Assembly: GCA_965240465.1 (NCBI GenBank)
Contig: OZ251219.1
Coordinates: forward strand, 864,001-928,000
DNA from: a bacterium
GTDB taxonomy: Bacteria; SAR324; JACQKK01
Direction of reading: 5' to 3'
Length of the DNA stretch: 64,000 nucleotides
The notes under the pieces are model-generated. The model was not told where the DNA came from and did not search any database. It worked only from the letters and a program-made list of their open reading frames with translations. Shown one piece after another: positions 17,837 to 28,700 of the stretch (position 1 is the first letter of the stretch; the number at the start of each line of letters is the position of its first letter). A program made the position numbers and the translations under genes.

Positions 17837-19903
17837 CTAAGGTGTGAGACACTGAACGAAGTCGGTGGGTTGGTTACAGAGTAACTTGCCATGAATTTGG
17901 GCATTATTGGAATTCTCCTGATAGGATTTCAGGCTGGGGTATTGGCTTGTTGAACCAAAATCCCAATTTTTGGCACTCCAGCCGTTTGTAAAGTCAGCTT
18001 CGGTGATGGCAGCAGTCAAGTTTTTTAGGTCGGTGCTGGTTTTGCTTTTAACATTGTCGTCGCTAAGGTTTAATACGTTCCCATTATTCAACTGGCTATT
18101 ACTATTATAATAGTTGCTGGTAATTGTAATTGTCCCAGTCCCAGCACCTTTTTTGCCAAGTAAAACCCCCACTTCATCGGTTCCTTCGTCCCCATCCACA
18201 TTGCCTAAGGAATAACTGTTCTGGATGATTGTTACATAAAAATGCTCATCATTATCAATATATCCCAGCAAGCCACCTACAACGTCATTTTCGGTACCGC
18301 CAGCAACATTGCCAGTGGCATAGACATTTTGGATGATGCTGTTGCTGACAGATCCTGCCAAACCACCTACCTTGTCATCACCAGCACCTCCAGTAGCTTT
18401 GCCAGTGGCATAGACATTTTTGATGATGTTGTTGCTGACAGATCCTGCCAAACCACCTACCTGATCATCACCAGCACCTCCAGTAGCTTTGCCAGTGGCA
18501 GAGCTGTTTTGGATGGTACTAAAATTACCACCCACCAAGCTACCTACAACGTCATTTCCGGTACCGCCATCAACATCGCCAGTGGCATAGCTGTCTTTGA
18601 CGGTGCCAAGTGAAATACCAACACCTACCAAGCCACCTACCTGGTCATCACCAGCACCTCCAGTAGCTTTGCCAGTGGCAAAGCTGCTTTGGATGGTACT
18701 AAAATTACCACCCACCAAGCTACCTACAACGTCACTATCACCTTTACCACCATCAACATTGCCAGTAGCAGAGCTGTTTTGGATGGCACCGAAATTAATC
18801 CCTACCAAACCACCTACAACGTCACTATCACCTTTACCGCCTGTAACGACAGTAGTAACAGCAGAGCTATTTTCGATGGTGCCAGTATTATTACTCACCA
18901 AGCCACCCAGTTTATCATGATCATCATAACCGCCAGTAACAGAGCTATTAGTGATAGAGCTATCTTGGATAATGTTCAAATTATCACCTACCAAGCCACC
19001 TACATAATTAGACATACCAGCACCGCCAGTAACAGAGCTATTAGTGATAGAGCTATTTTCGATGATGCCAGTAACACCATTATAACCCACCAAGCTACCT
19101 ACATAGTCATAATTACCACCGCCGGCAATAACCGAGATCCCCGTAGTAGAAACATTGGATATTGTTCCCATATTACCGGCAGATAGGACCCCTAAATAGT
19201 TGGCACTTTTTGAAGTGCCGCCAGTATAGCCACTGGTAACTGAACATGTTGCAAAGTACAGGTTCCGTACCGTGCTACCAGCAGCCAAGAATATAAATAA
19301 GCCCGCGTCTTTGGTGCTAGCGTCAGCGACAATGACTAGGTTGCTGATGGTTTTATTATTGCCTTCTAAGGTAGCGGTAAAATCACCAGCGATAGGCACC
19401 CAGTTTCTGGTATCAGGAGCAGTTGGAGCGTCTAAGATAATGTCCCTGACTAGTTCATAGCCACTACAAGCTGGACCTGAACCTGTGTCTAGACAGCCTG
19501 CATTAGAGCCTTGATCACTGGCACCTTCTTTATAGAGGCTGCCGTCCAGGCTGTAGCGGATATTGTTTAGCTTCTCAGCAGTGGTAATCTCTATCAGACC
19601 GTTATTATCATCATCCACGTCCACTGCATCGCCAAATCCATCGGTATCAACATCGGTATCGGGGTTACCATCGCCATCATCATCGGAGTCTTCATCTTGG
19701 TCTCGACAGCCATCAGAATCGTAGTCGGTGCTACCATCACTGATGAAGCCTCTGGGGCTGTTGGGGCACTTATCTACCAGATCGGTGATGCCGTCGCCAT
19801 CGGCATCATTAGTTCCGCTACTGCCACTATTATTGCCACAGCTGGTTAAGAAAACAGCAAAAATACATACTGAAGTTAAGAATAATTTGTTCATAAGCGA
19901 CAC
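17837..19903 (-). CDS. GLUG-repeat lipoprotein, paralog 6
   Basis: MNKLFL...FLTSC; same domain order; LLCNQPTDFVQCLTP. Confidence 0.87.
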   Translation of the reverse strand: MSLMNKLFLTSVCIFAVFLTSCGNNSGSSGTNDADGDGITDLVDKCPNSPRGFISDGSTDYDSDGCRDQDEDSDDDGDGNPDTDVDTDGFGDAVDVDDDNNGLIEITTAEKLNNIRYSLDGSLYKEGASDQGSNAGCLDTGSGPACSGYELVRDIILDAPTAPDTRNWVPIAGDFTATLEGNNKTISNLVIVADASTKDAGLFIFLAAGSTVRNLYFATCSVTSGYTGGTSKSANYLGVLSAGNMGTISNVSTTGISVIAGGGNYDYVGSLVGYNGVTGIIENSSITNSSVTGGAGMSNYVGGLVGDNLNIIQDSSITNSSVTGGYDDHDKLGGLVSNNTGTIENSSAVTTVVTGGKGDSDVVGGLVGINFGAIQNSSATGNVDGGKGDSDVVGSLVGGNFSTIQSSFATGKATGGAGDDQVGGLVGVGISLGTVKDSYATGDVDGGTGNDVVGSLVGGNFSTIQNSSATGKATGGAGDDQVGGLAGSVSNNIIKNVYATGKATGGAGDDKVGGLAGSVSNSIIQNVYATGNVAGGTENDVVGGLLGYIDNDEHFYVTIIQNSYSLGNVDGDEGTDEVGVLLGKKGAGTGTITITSNYYNSNSQLNNGNVLNLSDDNVKSKTSTDLKNLTAAITEADFTNGWSAKNWDFGSTSQYPSLKSYQENSNNAQIHGKLLCNQPTDFVQCLTP

Positions 19904-20035
19904 TACGGTTCAATTGTTGTGAAATGCTGGCTAAAAAGTGGGGCGTTCTGTTAGTATGGTTGCAAAAGACCAGTCTTAAGGCATTCCTTAAAAAGGAATG
20001 CCTAATGTCAGGAAAAGCAACAACAGATAATCTGC

Positions 20036-22588
20036 CTAGGGATCAACCTGGGGACACTGAACGAAGTCAGGGTCGGGTTGCCCACAGAGTAACCTGCCAT
20101 GAATTTGGGCATTACCATTATTGGGATTCTCTTGGTAGGATCTCAGGCTGGGGTATTGTTGGGTGGTACCAAAATCCCAGCTGAATTCATTCCAGCGATT
20201 GCTCTCCCCAAAATCAGTTTCGGTAGTACCAACAATCAACCTTTTTATTGCATCGTTGGTTCTGCGGACAGCTTCATTATTGCCGTCAAGCACTTCTTCT
20301 GTATCATCATCATCAATAGCTAAGCTACTAGTACTACTATAATAGTTGCCGGCGACTGTGATCGTAGAATATCCTTTATTGCCAATAAAGTGGCCTACAA
20401 GGTCTGTACCACCACCACCAGTAACACTGCCTAAGGAATAATTTGTCTGGATGGTTCCACCAGCTAAATATCCCACCAAGCCGCCGACCCTATCATAATC
20501 ACCAGCACCGCCAGCAACATTGCCAATGGCATAGCTATTTTCAATGATGCTGCCATAATTTTCACCTACCAAACCTCCCATCCTATTATCATTACCAGTA
20601 ACATCATTACCAGCAGCATTGAAAGCGACACTGATAGCGACATTGCCAGTGGCATAGCTATTTTTGATGTTGCCACCATCATTGTGACCTGCTAAACCGC
20701 CCACAAGACCTTTAAGACCATTACTGCCAGTAACATTGCCAGTGGCATAGCTATTTTCGATGGTGCCACCATCATTTGAACCTACCAAACCTCCCGCCCT
20801 ATTATTATAACCACTAGCGACAATAACACTGCCAGTGGCATAGCTATTACTTATGGTGCCGCTAGCCCTATTAACACCTGACACGCCGCCTACACTATCT
20901 AAGGAACCAGCACCGCTAGTGATATCTCCAGTGGCAGAGCTGTTTTGGATGGTGCCGAAATTGTCACCCACCAAGCCACCTACATAGTCACCTGCAGAAC
21001 CACCCGAACCGCCAGCAATCAAGCCTCTAGAGTAGCTGTTTTGGATGGTTCCAAAATTTAACGCCGCCAAGCCACCTACATAATCACTACCCTTACCGCC
21101 ATGGACATCTCCTAAGCATCGATTGCCTTGGATATTGCTATTTTTATTGTACCCCACCAAGCCGCCTACTCCGTCATTATCCTCATCGCCATAGACATTT
21201 CCAGAGATTTGGTTGTTCTGAACGGTACTATCACGGCTGTAAGCTATCAAGCCAGCTACATAATCATTACCCTTACCGCCATGTGTATTTCCAGAGACTT
21301 GGTTGTCTTGGATGGTGCTTTTCTCACTGTACCCCACCAAGCCACCTATAGATTCCCTACCACCACTGCCATATGTATTTCCAAAGACTTGGTTGTTTCG
21401 GACAGTGTCAATATAACTGTAACTTACCAAGCCTCCCACATAGCCACCGTCACCGTAAGCTCCTCCATAGCCAGTCACATTTCCAAATACTCGATTGTCC
21501 AGGACGATGCCACCCCTATTGAAACCTACTAAACCGCCCACAAAGCCGTAACCAGCGACGTTCCCATAGGTTTTGCTGTTTTGAATGGTGCCCCCCGAAT
21601 TAAGAGCAACCAAACCACCCACATAACCGTAATTTTTATTGTCAGCTCCAGAAGAGATCGCAACTTTCGAAACAATATTACTTAATACCCCTCTGTTCAA
21701 CCCAAAAACACCCACATGACCCTTATGCATTATAATCCCTTCATGGCTACTGAAAATTGAACCACTCTCAAATATCAAGTTCTTCACCCTGCCATAAATA
21801 CTCACATTCGCAAAAAAGCCAACATATTGCTCATCAGAAACAATGGTCAAATTACTGATGGTATGACCATTTCCATTAAAAATAGCTGAAAAATATCCTC
21901 CTAAACCACCTATCGGCACCCAATTGCTGATAGCAGGAGCAACCAGATCCGCTAAATCAACGTCAGCTTCTAACTCATAACCCCGACAACCCGTACTGGG
22001 ACAACCTACCTCAGAACCTATATTCTCACCCTCGTCATCCTCCTCATCATCGTAGTGAGTACCATCCAAGTCATAGCGAATGTTACTTAAACCTTCAGCA
22101 TCGTAAAGCTCTATTAAACCATCGCCATCAGCATCCAAGTCTTCGGTATCTAGCACGCCATCATTGTCGTCATCAGTATCCACTGCATCCGCCACCCCAT
22201 CATTGTCCGCATCAGTCCCAGCACCACCATCTTTGTCTTCGCCTCCCTCATCTCGGCAACCATCGCCATCCTTGTCGGTGGTTGTTTTGTTGCTAGTCCA
22301 GCCAACATCACCTCTTTCACAAGCGTCAAATATGTCTTCTACCCCATCATTATCATCATCAGCGTCCTCTGAGCCATTATCTTGACAACCATCGCTGTCA
22401 TGGTCGGTACTCTCGTTACTGACAAAACCCGCAGGACTATCCGGGCATAGCAAATCTTCGCCATTGAGGACGCCATCTGAATCGGTATCAGCAGACCTTC
22501 CACCATCGCTGTCTACAATCCCACCACCACAATTGGCTAAAACAATGGTAAAAATAATACTGACTGAAAGTAGTGATAGTTTTTTCAT
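20036..22588 (-). CDS. GLUG-repeat lipoprotein, paralog 7
   Basis: MKKLSLL...VLANC; Asp-rich repeats; long GLUG region; LLCGQPDPDFVQCP. Confidence 0.87.
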   Translation of the reverse strand: MKKLSLLSVSIIFTIVLANCGGGIVDSDGGRSADTDSDGVLNGEDLLCPDSPAGFVSNESTDHDSDGCQDNGSEDADDDNDGVEDIFDACERGDVGWTSNKTTTDKDGDGCRDEGGEDKDGGAGTDADNDGVADAVDTDDDNDGVLDTEDLDADGDGLIELYDAEGLSNIRYDLDGTHYDDEEDDEGENIGSEVGCPSTGCRGYELEADVDLADLVAPAISNWVPIGGLGGYFSAIFNGNGHTISNLTIVSDEQYVGFFANVSIYGRVKNLIFESGSIFSSHEGIIMHKGHVGVFGLNRGVLSNIVSKVAISSGADNKNYGYVGGLVALNSGGTIQNSKTYGNVAGYGFVGGLVGFNRGGIVLDNRVFGNVTGYGGAYGDGGYVGGLVSYSYIDTVRNNQVFGNTYGSGGRESIGGLVGYSEKSTIQDNQVSGNTHGGKGNDYVAGLIAYSRDSTVQNNQISGNVYGDEDNDGVGGLVGYNKNSNIQGNRCLGDVHGGKGSDYVGGLAALNFGTIQNSYSRGLIAGGSGGSAGDYVGGLVGDNFGTIQNSSATGDITSGAGSLDSVGGVSGVNRASGTISNSYATGSVIVASGYNNRAGGLVGSNDGGTIENSYATGNVTGSNGLKGLVGGLAGHNDGGNIKNSYATGNVAISVAFNAAGNDVTGNDNRMGGLVGENYGSIIENSYAIGNVAGGAGDYDRVGGLVGYLAGGTIQTNYSLGSVTGGGGTDLVGHFIGNKGYSTITVAGNYYSSTSSLAIDDDDTEEVLDGNNEAVRRTNDAIKRLIVGTTETDFGESNRWNEFSWDFGTTQQYPSLRSYQENPNNGNAQIHGRLLCGQPDPDFVQCPQVDP

Positions 22589-22793
22589 TAGAAATCCTGT
22601 TTTCCGGTAAAGTGAAAATAAAACTGTCTAAAAACAACGATAATTTCTTCATGGTAAATTCTATATCTTGATAATGGAGAGATGGCTAGAAGGCATTCCG
22701 CAGAAGGCATGCCTCAAACGCAAAAACAACTAGCTTCACCATATAACCAAATTGATACAAAAGTCAAGTTTTTTGTATTAGTTAAAATTACCC

Positions 22794-25640
22794 CTAAGGC
22801 GTAGGACACTGAACGAAGTCAGCTTCGGGTAATTGCCCGCAGAGTAGAGTGCCTGCGATTTGGGCATTGCTGGAATCCACCTTGTAGGACTTGAGGGTGG
22901 GATAGAAGCCAGCTTGGAATTCCCAGTTGAAGGCGTTCCAGCCAGCTAGATTCCCGCCAGTACATGTATTAGAAGCATGCCAAGTTCCGCCAGCTGCTTC
23001 GCAAGCAGCCTGATTATTGGGGGTATCCAGATTGATGGCTTTCAGCTGGGCTTTGGTTTTGCCTATCCCCAAGACTAATAGAGTACCGCCTGTAGCAGTA
23101 CTATTTTTATCATAATAGCTGCTCGCAATACTACCACTAACTCTATTGCCAACCAAGCGACCCACCTTATCGAATCCAGCCCCTCCATCAACAGCACTTA
23201 GGGAATAACTGTTACCGATGGTTCCAGAAACATAATCTCCTACCAAGCCACCTACCTTATCCCTACCACCAGCACCGCCAGTGGCAGAGCCAGTGGCATA
23301 GCTATTTTGAATGGTGCCAGCATTTATACCTACCAAGCCACCCACCCTATCATTATCACCAGCACCACCATCGGTCTTGCCAGTGGCAGAGCCATTTTGA
23401 ATGGTGCCAGTATTCCTACCTACCAAGCCACCCGCCCTATCATCATCACCATCACCGCCATCAACCTTGCCAGTGGCAGAGCTATTTTGAATGGTGCTAG
23501 AATTAAGGCCTACCAAGCCACCTACACTGTCATTATTACCATCACCGCCATCAACCTTGCCAGTGGCAGAGCTATTTTGAATGGTGCCAGTCTTATTATA
23601 ACCTACCAAGCCACCTACACTGTCAGCAATAGCACTGCCATTAACATCGCCGGTGGCAGAGCTATTTCGGATGAGGGCTGCACCATTACCGTGATTAGTA
23701 CCATTATTACCTACCAAGCCGCCCACATCGCCATAGGAACCTGAGTTGACAGATACCAAGAGCCCCGTAGCAACACCCGATATTGTTCCATAATTATAAC
23801 CTGCCAGAACCCCTATATAGCCCCGACCCCCGTGCGTACTGGTAACTGAACCTCCTACAAAGGACAAGTTTTGGACTGTCCCCCCCAGGGCCCCCAAAAA
23901 GCCCGTGTACTGGGAGCCATTGCTAATGGTTAGGTTTCTGATGGTGAAACCATTGCCTTCTAAGGTAGCGGTAAAAGGATAGGTAAAGTTACCAATGGGA
24001 TCCCAGTTGCTAGTGTCAGAGCCAGTTAGATCTGCTAATCTGATGTCCTGAGTTAGTTCATAGCCCTTGCAACCTACGGGATTAGTAGTAGGACAGCCCT
24101 CGTTAGATGAATTACTGCCATCATTATAGTGAGTGCCGTCCATATCGTGGCGGATGTTGATTAGCTCCTCAGCAGTGGCAATTTCTATTAGACCGTTGTT
24201 GTCGTCATCCACGTCATCGGTATCTAGGATGGTGTCATTGTCGTCATCGGTATCCTCACCAGCATCCCGACAACCATCGCTGTCGTTGTCGGTGTCGCTT
24301 CCGCTCGTCCAGCCTTTGTCGCCGTTCTCGCACTTATCAAGCTCAGCATTATTGATGTCAGTGCCAGAAATACCATCATTATCTTCATCAGTGCCATCAC
24401 CACCATCTCGGTCCTCGCTAGTAGCATCCTGACAACCATCATCATCTTTGTCAGTGCCAGTGGTGGCGTCAGTGGTGCTGAGCCAATTTGTGTCACCTTC
24501 GGGACAGCTATCATCAACATCAGCTTTGCCATCATTGTCGTCATCAGTGCCATCACCACCATCTCGGTCCTCGCTAGTAGCATCCTGACAACCATCATCA
24601 TCTTTGTCAGTGCCAGTGGTGGCGTCAGTGGTTCTGCTCCAACCTATGTTACCTTTGGCACAGCTATCACTATCATCATCTTTGCCATCATTATCGTCAT
24701 CAGTGTCTTCAGTGCTGTCATCTTGGCAACCATCGGAATCGTAGTCGGTGGTGTCGTCGCTGGTGAAGAAATTGCCTTTTCGGCATTCGTCTAGATCGCT
24801 ACCGACTGCATCAACATCGTCTACCCCGTCATTGTCGTCATCAGTGTCTTCAGGGCTGTCATCTTGGCAACCATCGGAATCGTAGTCGGTGGTGTCGTTG
24901 CTGATGAAGAAATTGCCTTTTCGGCATTTGTCTAGCTCGCTGCCGTCTGCATTAACATCGTCTACCTCGTCATTGTCGTCATCGGTATCCTCGCCAGCAT
25001 CCCGACAACCATCGCTGTCGTAGTCGGTGGTGTCGTTGCTGATGAAGTCTTTATCAAGACTTTTTCGGCATTTGTCTAGCTCGCTACCGTCTGCATCAAC
25101 ATCGTTGACCTCGTCATTATCGTCATCGGTGTCCTCGCCAGCATCCCGACAACCATCGGAATCGTAGTCGGTGGTGGTGCTGCTGATGAAGTCTTTATCA
25201 AGACTTTTTCGGCATTTGTCTAGCTCGCTGCCGTCTGCATTAAAATCGTCTACCTCGTCATTGTCGTCATCAGTGTCTTCAGGGCTGTCATCTTTGCAGC
25301 CATCGGAATCGTAGTCGGTGGTGTCGTCGCTGATGAAGTCTTTATCAAGACTTTTTCGGCATTTGTCTAGCTCGCTGCCGTCTGCATTAAAATCGTCTAC
25401 CTCGTCATTATCGTCATCGGTGTCTTCAGGGCTGTCATCTTGGCAACCATCGGAATCGTAGTCGGTGGTGTCGTCGCTGATGAAGTTCTCGTTAAGGCTA
25501 TTTTCACACAGATCCTTGCTGTCGGGGACGCCATCGCCGTCTTTGTCAGCAACTCCACCTCCTCCACCCCCACTGCTCCCCCCGCAGCTAGCTAGAAATA
25601 GAGCGAAAATACAAGCCGAAAGTAGTGATAATTTTTGCAT
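22794..25640 (-). CDS. GLUG-repeat lipoprotein, paralog 8 (long Ca-binding stalk)
   Basis: MQKLSLL...FLASC; many TDYDSDGCxD..EDTDDDND repeats; LLCGQLPEADFVQCPTP. Confidence 0.87.
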   Translation of the reverse strand: MQKLSLLSACIFALFLASCGGSSGGGGGGVADKDGDGVPDSKDLCENSLNENFISDDTTDYDSDGCQDDSPEDTDDDNDEVDDFNADGSELDKCRKSLDKDFISDDTTDYDSDGCKDDSPEDTDDDNDEVDDFNADGSELDKCRKSLDKDFISSTTTDYDSDGCRDAGEDTDDDNDEVNDVDADGSELDKCRKSLDKDFISNDTTDYDSDGCRDAGEDTDDDNDEVDDVNADGSELDKCRKGNFFISNDTTDYDSDGCQDDSPEDTDDDNDGVDDVDAVGSDLDECRKGNFFTSDDTTDYDSDGCQDDSTEDTDDDNDGKDDDSDSCAKGNIGWSRTTDATTGTDKDDDGCQDATSEDRDGGDGTDDDNDGKADVDDSCPEGDTNWLSTTDATTGTDKDDDGCQDATSEDRDGGDGTDEDNDGISGTDINNAELDKCENGDKGWTSGSDTDNDSDGCRDAGEDTDDDNDTILDTDDVDDDNNGLIEIATAEELINIRHDMDGTHYNDGSNSSNEGCPTTNPVGCKGYELTQDIRLADLTGSDTSNWDPIGNFTYPFTATLEGNGFTIRNLTISNGSQYTGFLGALGGTVQNLSFVGGSVTSTHGGRGYIGVLAGYNYGTISGVATGLLVSVNSGSYGDVGGLVGNNGTNHGNGAALIRNSSATGDVNGSAIADSVGGLVGYNKTGTIQNSSATGKVDGGDGNNDSVGGLVGLNSSTIQNSSATGKVDGGDGDDDRAGGLVGRNTGTIQNGSATGKTDGGAGDNDRVGGLVGINAGTIQNSYATGSATGGAGGRDKVGGLVGDYVSGTIGNSYSLSAVDGGAGFDKVGRLVGNRVSGSIASSYYDKNSTATGGTLLVLGIGKTKAQLKAINLDTPNNQAACEAAGGTWHASNTCTGGNLAGWNAFNWEFQAGFYPTLKSYKVDSSNAQIAGTLLCGQLPEADFVQCPTP

Positions 25641-25725
25641 GGAAAGTCCTATGTCAGAATGCCTGAAAATGCCAGCCCCTAAGGTAGCACCCGAAGAGGC
25701 AAGAAGTCAAGAGGTAAGGAATAGC

Positions 25726-28700
25726 CTAAGGCGTAGGAGGACATTGAATGAAATCGGTGGGTTGGTTACAGAGTAGAAAGCCATAAACTTGGGTTACTAC
25801 GCCATAGATATCAGTTATAGTCAGGTAAGACCTTAGGCTGGGGTATTTGTCAGTTCCAGCGTCCTCCCAACTTAAGGTATCCCACTGATTGCCAACACCA
25901 AAGTCAATAGCAGTGGTACCGATATACAATTCTTTTAGTTCATTGCTAGTTTTTTCCGTGCCAATGATTAGTACGGTATCATCAGCACTATCCAGGATAC
26001 TATCACCGTAATAATAGTTGCTAGCAATTGTTGCAGCGGTCTCTTCACTGCCGATTAAGCGGCCAATTAGATCGCTTCCAGTGCCTCCAGCGACAGCACC
26101 TATGGAATAAGTGTTTTTGACGGTTCCAGAAGCAACATATCCCACTAGGCCACCTACTACGTCATCATCATCATCGCCAGCGGCAGAACCTGTAGCATAG
26201 CCGTTTTGGATGGTATCGCCGCCAGTATAACCTATCAAGCCTCCTACATAGTCCATACCGTCACCGCCAGTGGCACTGCCGTGTGCAGCCCAGCTGTTTT
26301 TGATGGGCCCCAGGTTATCACCGACCAAGCCTCCGACCCTGTCATCACCCGTACCGCCAGTGGTAGAGCCAGTGGCACTGCTATTTTGGAGAAAGGCACC
26401 GGTACTATTATCACCGACCAAGCCGCCGACATTGTCATTATCGGTGCCGCCAGCGACAGGACCGATTGCAGAGCCGTCTTCAATGGTGCCGTAGTTACTA
26501 CCGACCAAGCCGCCGACATTGTCATTATCGGTGCCGCCATCTACAGAGCCGATTGCAGAGCTGTTTTCAATGGTGCCGTAGTTACTACCGACCAAGCCTC
26601 CGGCCTTATCGCTACCCGTATCGCCATCGACAGAACCGATTGCAGAGCTGTATTCAATGGTGCCGTAGTTACTGCCGACTAAGCCGCCGACATTGTCATT
26701 ATCCGTGTTGCCAGCGACAGAGCCAGTAGCAGAGCTGTATTCAATGGTGCCGTAGTTACTACCGACCAAGCCGCCGAGGTTGTCGTAGCTACTAGTGCCA
26801 GCAGAAACTGGGAGTTCAGCAGAAATGTCGTCGAGGTCGCCGCTACTCTTACCCGCTAGAACTCCTATATGGCTAGCGTTGGCATTAGTTCCAGTATGGA
26901 AGCCACTGGTAATTGAACCTGCTACAAAGGACAAGTTTTGTATTGTGCTATTAGAACCCAGGATAGTAAAGAAGCCAGTATATTGGGTATTATTGTCAAT
27001 GGTTAGGTTTCTGATGGTATTATCGTTGCCTTTTAGGATGGCGTTAAAGTTTCCTGGGATAGGGATCCAATTTCTAGTATCAGTGCCAAGTGGGGTTGTC
27101 AGAATGATGTTATTTACTAGTTCATAGCCATTGCAACCAGAGGGAGGACAGCCCAAGTTATATTTATTACCCGTATTGTCATCATAGTGAGTTCCATCCA
27201 GGTCATAGCGGATGTTGTTTAGTTCGGCAGCCGTGGAGATTTCTATCAGGCCGTTGTTATTATCATCTATGTCTTCGTCTGAGTCTCGGCAGCCGTCGCC
27301 GTCGTAGTCGGTGGTGGGGGTGCTGATGAAGCCAGAGGGACTTTTGGGGCATATGGTGTCATTTATATCTAGTATGTGATCACCGTCGTCATCATCGTCT
27401 TCAGAATCTTTACAGCCGTCGCCGTCGTAGTCGGTGTCGGTGAGGGGACTTTCTGGACATGCTGTGTCATTGATGTCTAGTACGCCATCATCGTCGTCAT
27501 CGTTGTCTTCAGAATCTTTACAGCCGTCAGAATCGTAGTCAGGCCCGGTGAGGGGGCTGAAATGGCATATGGTGTCATTGATGTCTAGTACGCCATCATC
27601 GTCGTCGTCGTTGTCTTCAGAATCTTTACAGCCGTCAGAATCGTAGTCAGCTTCGATGAGGGGGCTGAGAGGGCATATGGTATCATTGCCATCTAGTAAG
27701 CCATCATCGTCGTCGTCGTAGTCTTCGGAATCTTTACAGCCGTCACCATCGTGGTCAGGGTGGGTGAGGGGGCTGAAATGGCATAGGGTGTCATTTATGT
27801 CTAGTACGCCATCATTGTCGTCGTCGGGGTCTTCGGGGTCGTCATCTTTACAGCCGTCGGAATCGTGGTCGGTGTCACTGTCGCTGAGGAAGTTGTGATC
27901 ATTGCTTTTTCGGCATTGGTCTAGGTCAGTGCCGTCTAGCTTATAATCGTTGATGCCATCATCGTCATCATCATCGTCTTCAGAATCTCTACATCCGTCA
28001 GAATCGTAGTCTATTTCGTTGAAGGGACTGAGAGGGCATATGGTGTCACTGGCGTCTAGTACGCCATCATTATCGTCATCGGTGTCTTCGGGGTCGTCAT
28101 CTTTACAGCCGTCGGAATCGTAGTCGGTGATATTGTCGCTGAGGAAGTTGTGATCATTGCTTTGTTGGCATTGGTCTAGGACAGTGTCGTCTAGATTATA
28201 ATCGTTGATGCCATCATTGTCGTCATCATCGTCTTCAGAATCTCTACATCCGTCAGAATCGTAGTCAATTTCGTTGAAGGGACTGAGGGGACATATGGTG
28301 TCACTGGCGTCTAGTACGCCATCATTATCGTCATCGGTGTCTTCGGGGTCATCATCTTTACAGCCGTCGGAATCGTAGTCGGTGATATTGTCGCTGAGGA
28401 AGTTGTGATCATTGCTTTGTTGGCATTGGTCTAGGGTAGTGTCGTCTAGATTATAATCGTTGATGCCATCATTGTCGTCATCATCGTCTTCAGAATCTCT
28501 ACATCCGTCAGAATCGTAGTCAATTTCGGTGAGGGGGCTGAGAGGGCATATGGTGTCACTGGCATCTAGTACGCCATCATTGTCGTCATCGGTGTCTTCG
28601 GGGTCGTCATCTTTACAGCCATCGGAATCGTAGTCGGTGATATTGTCGCTGAGGAAGTTGTGATCATTGCTTTTTTGGCATTGGTCTAGGTCAGTGCCGT

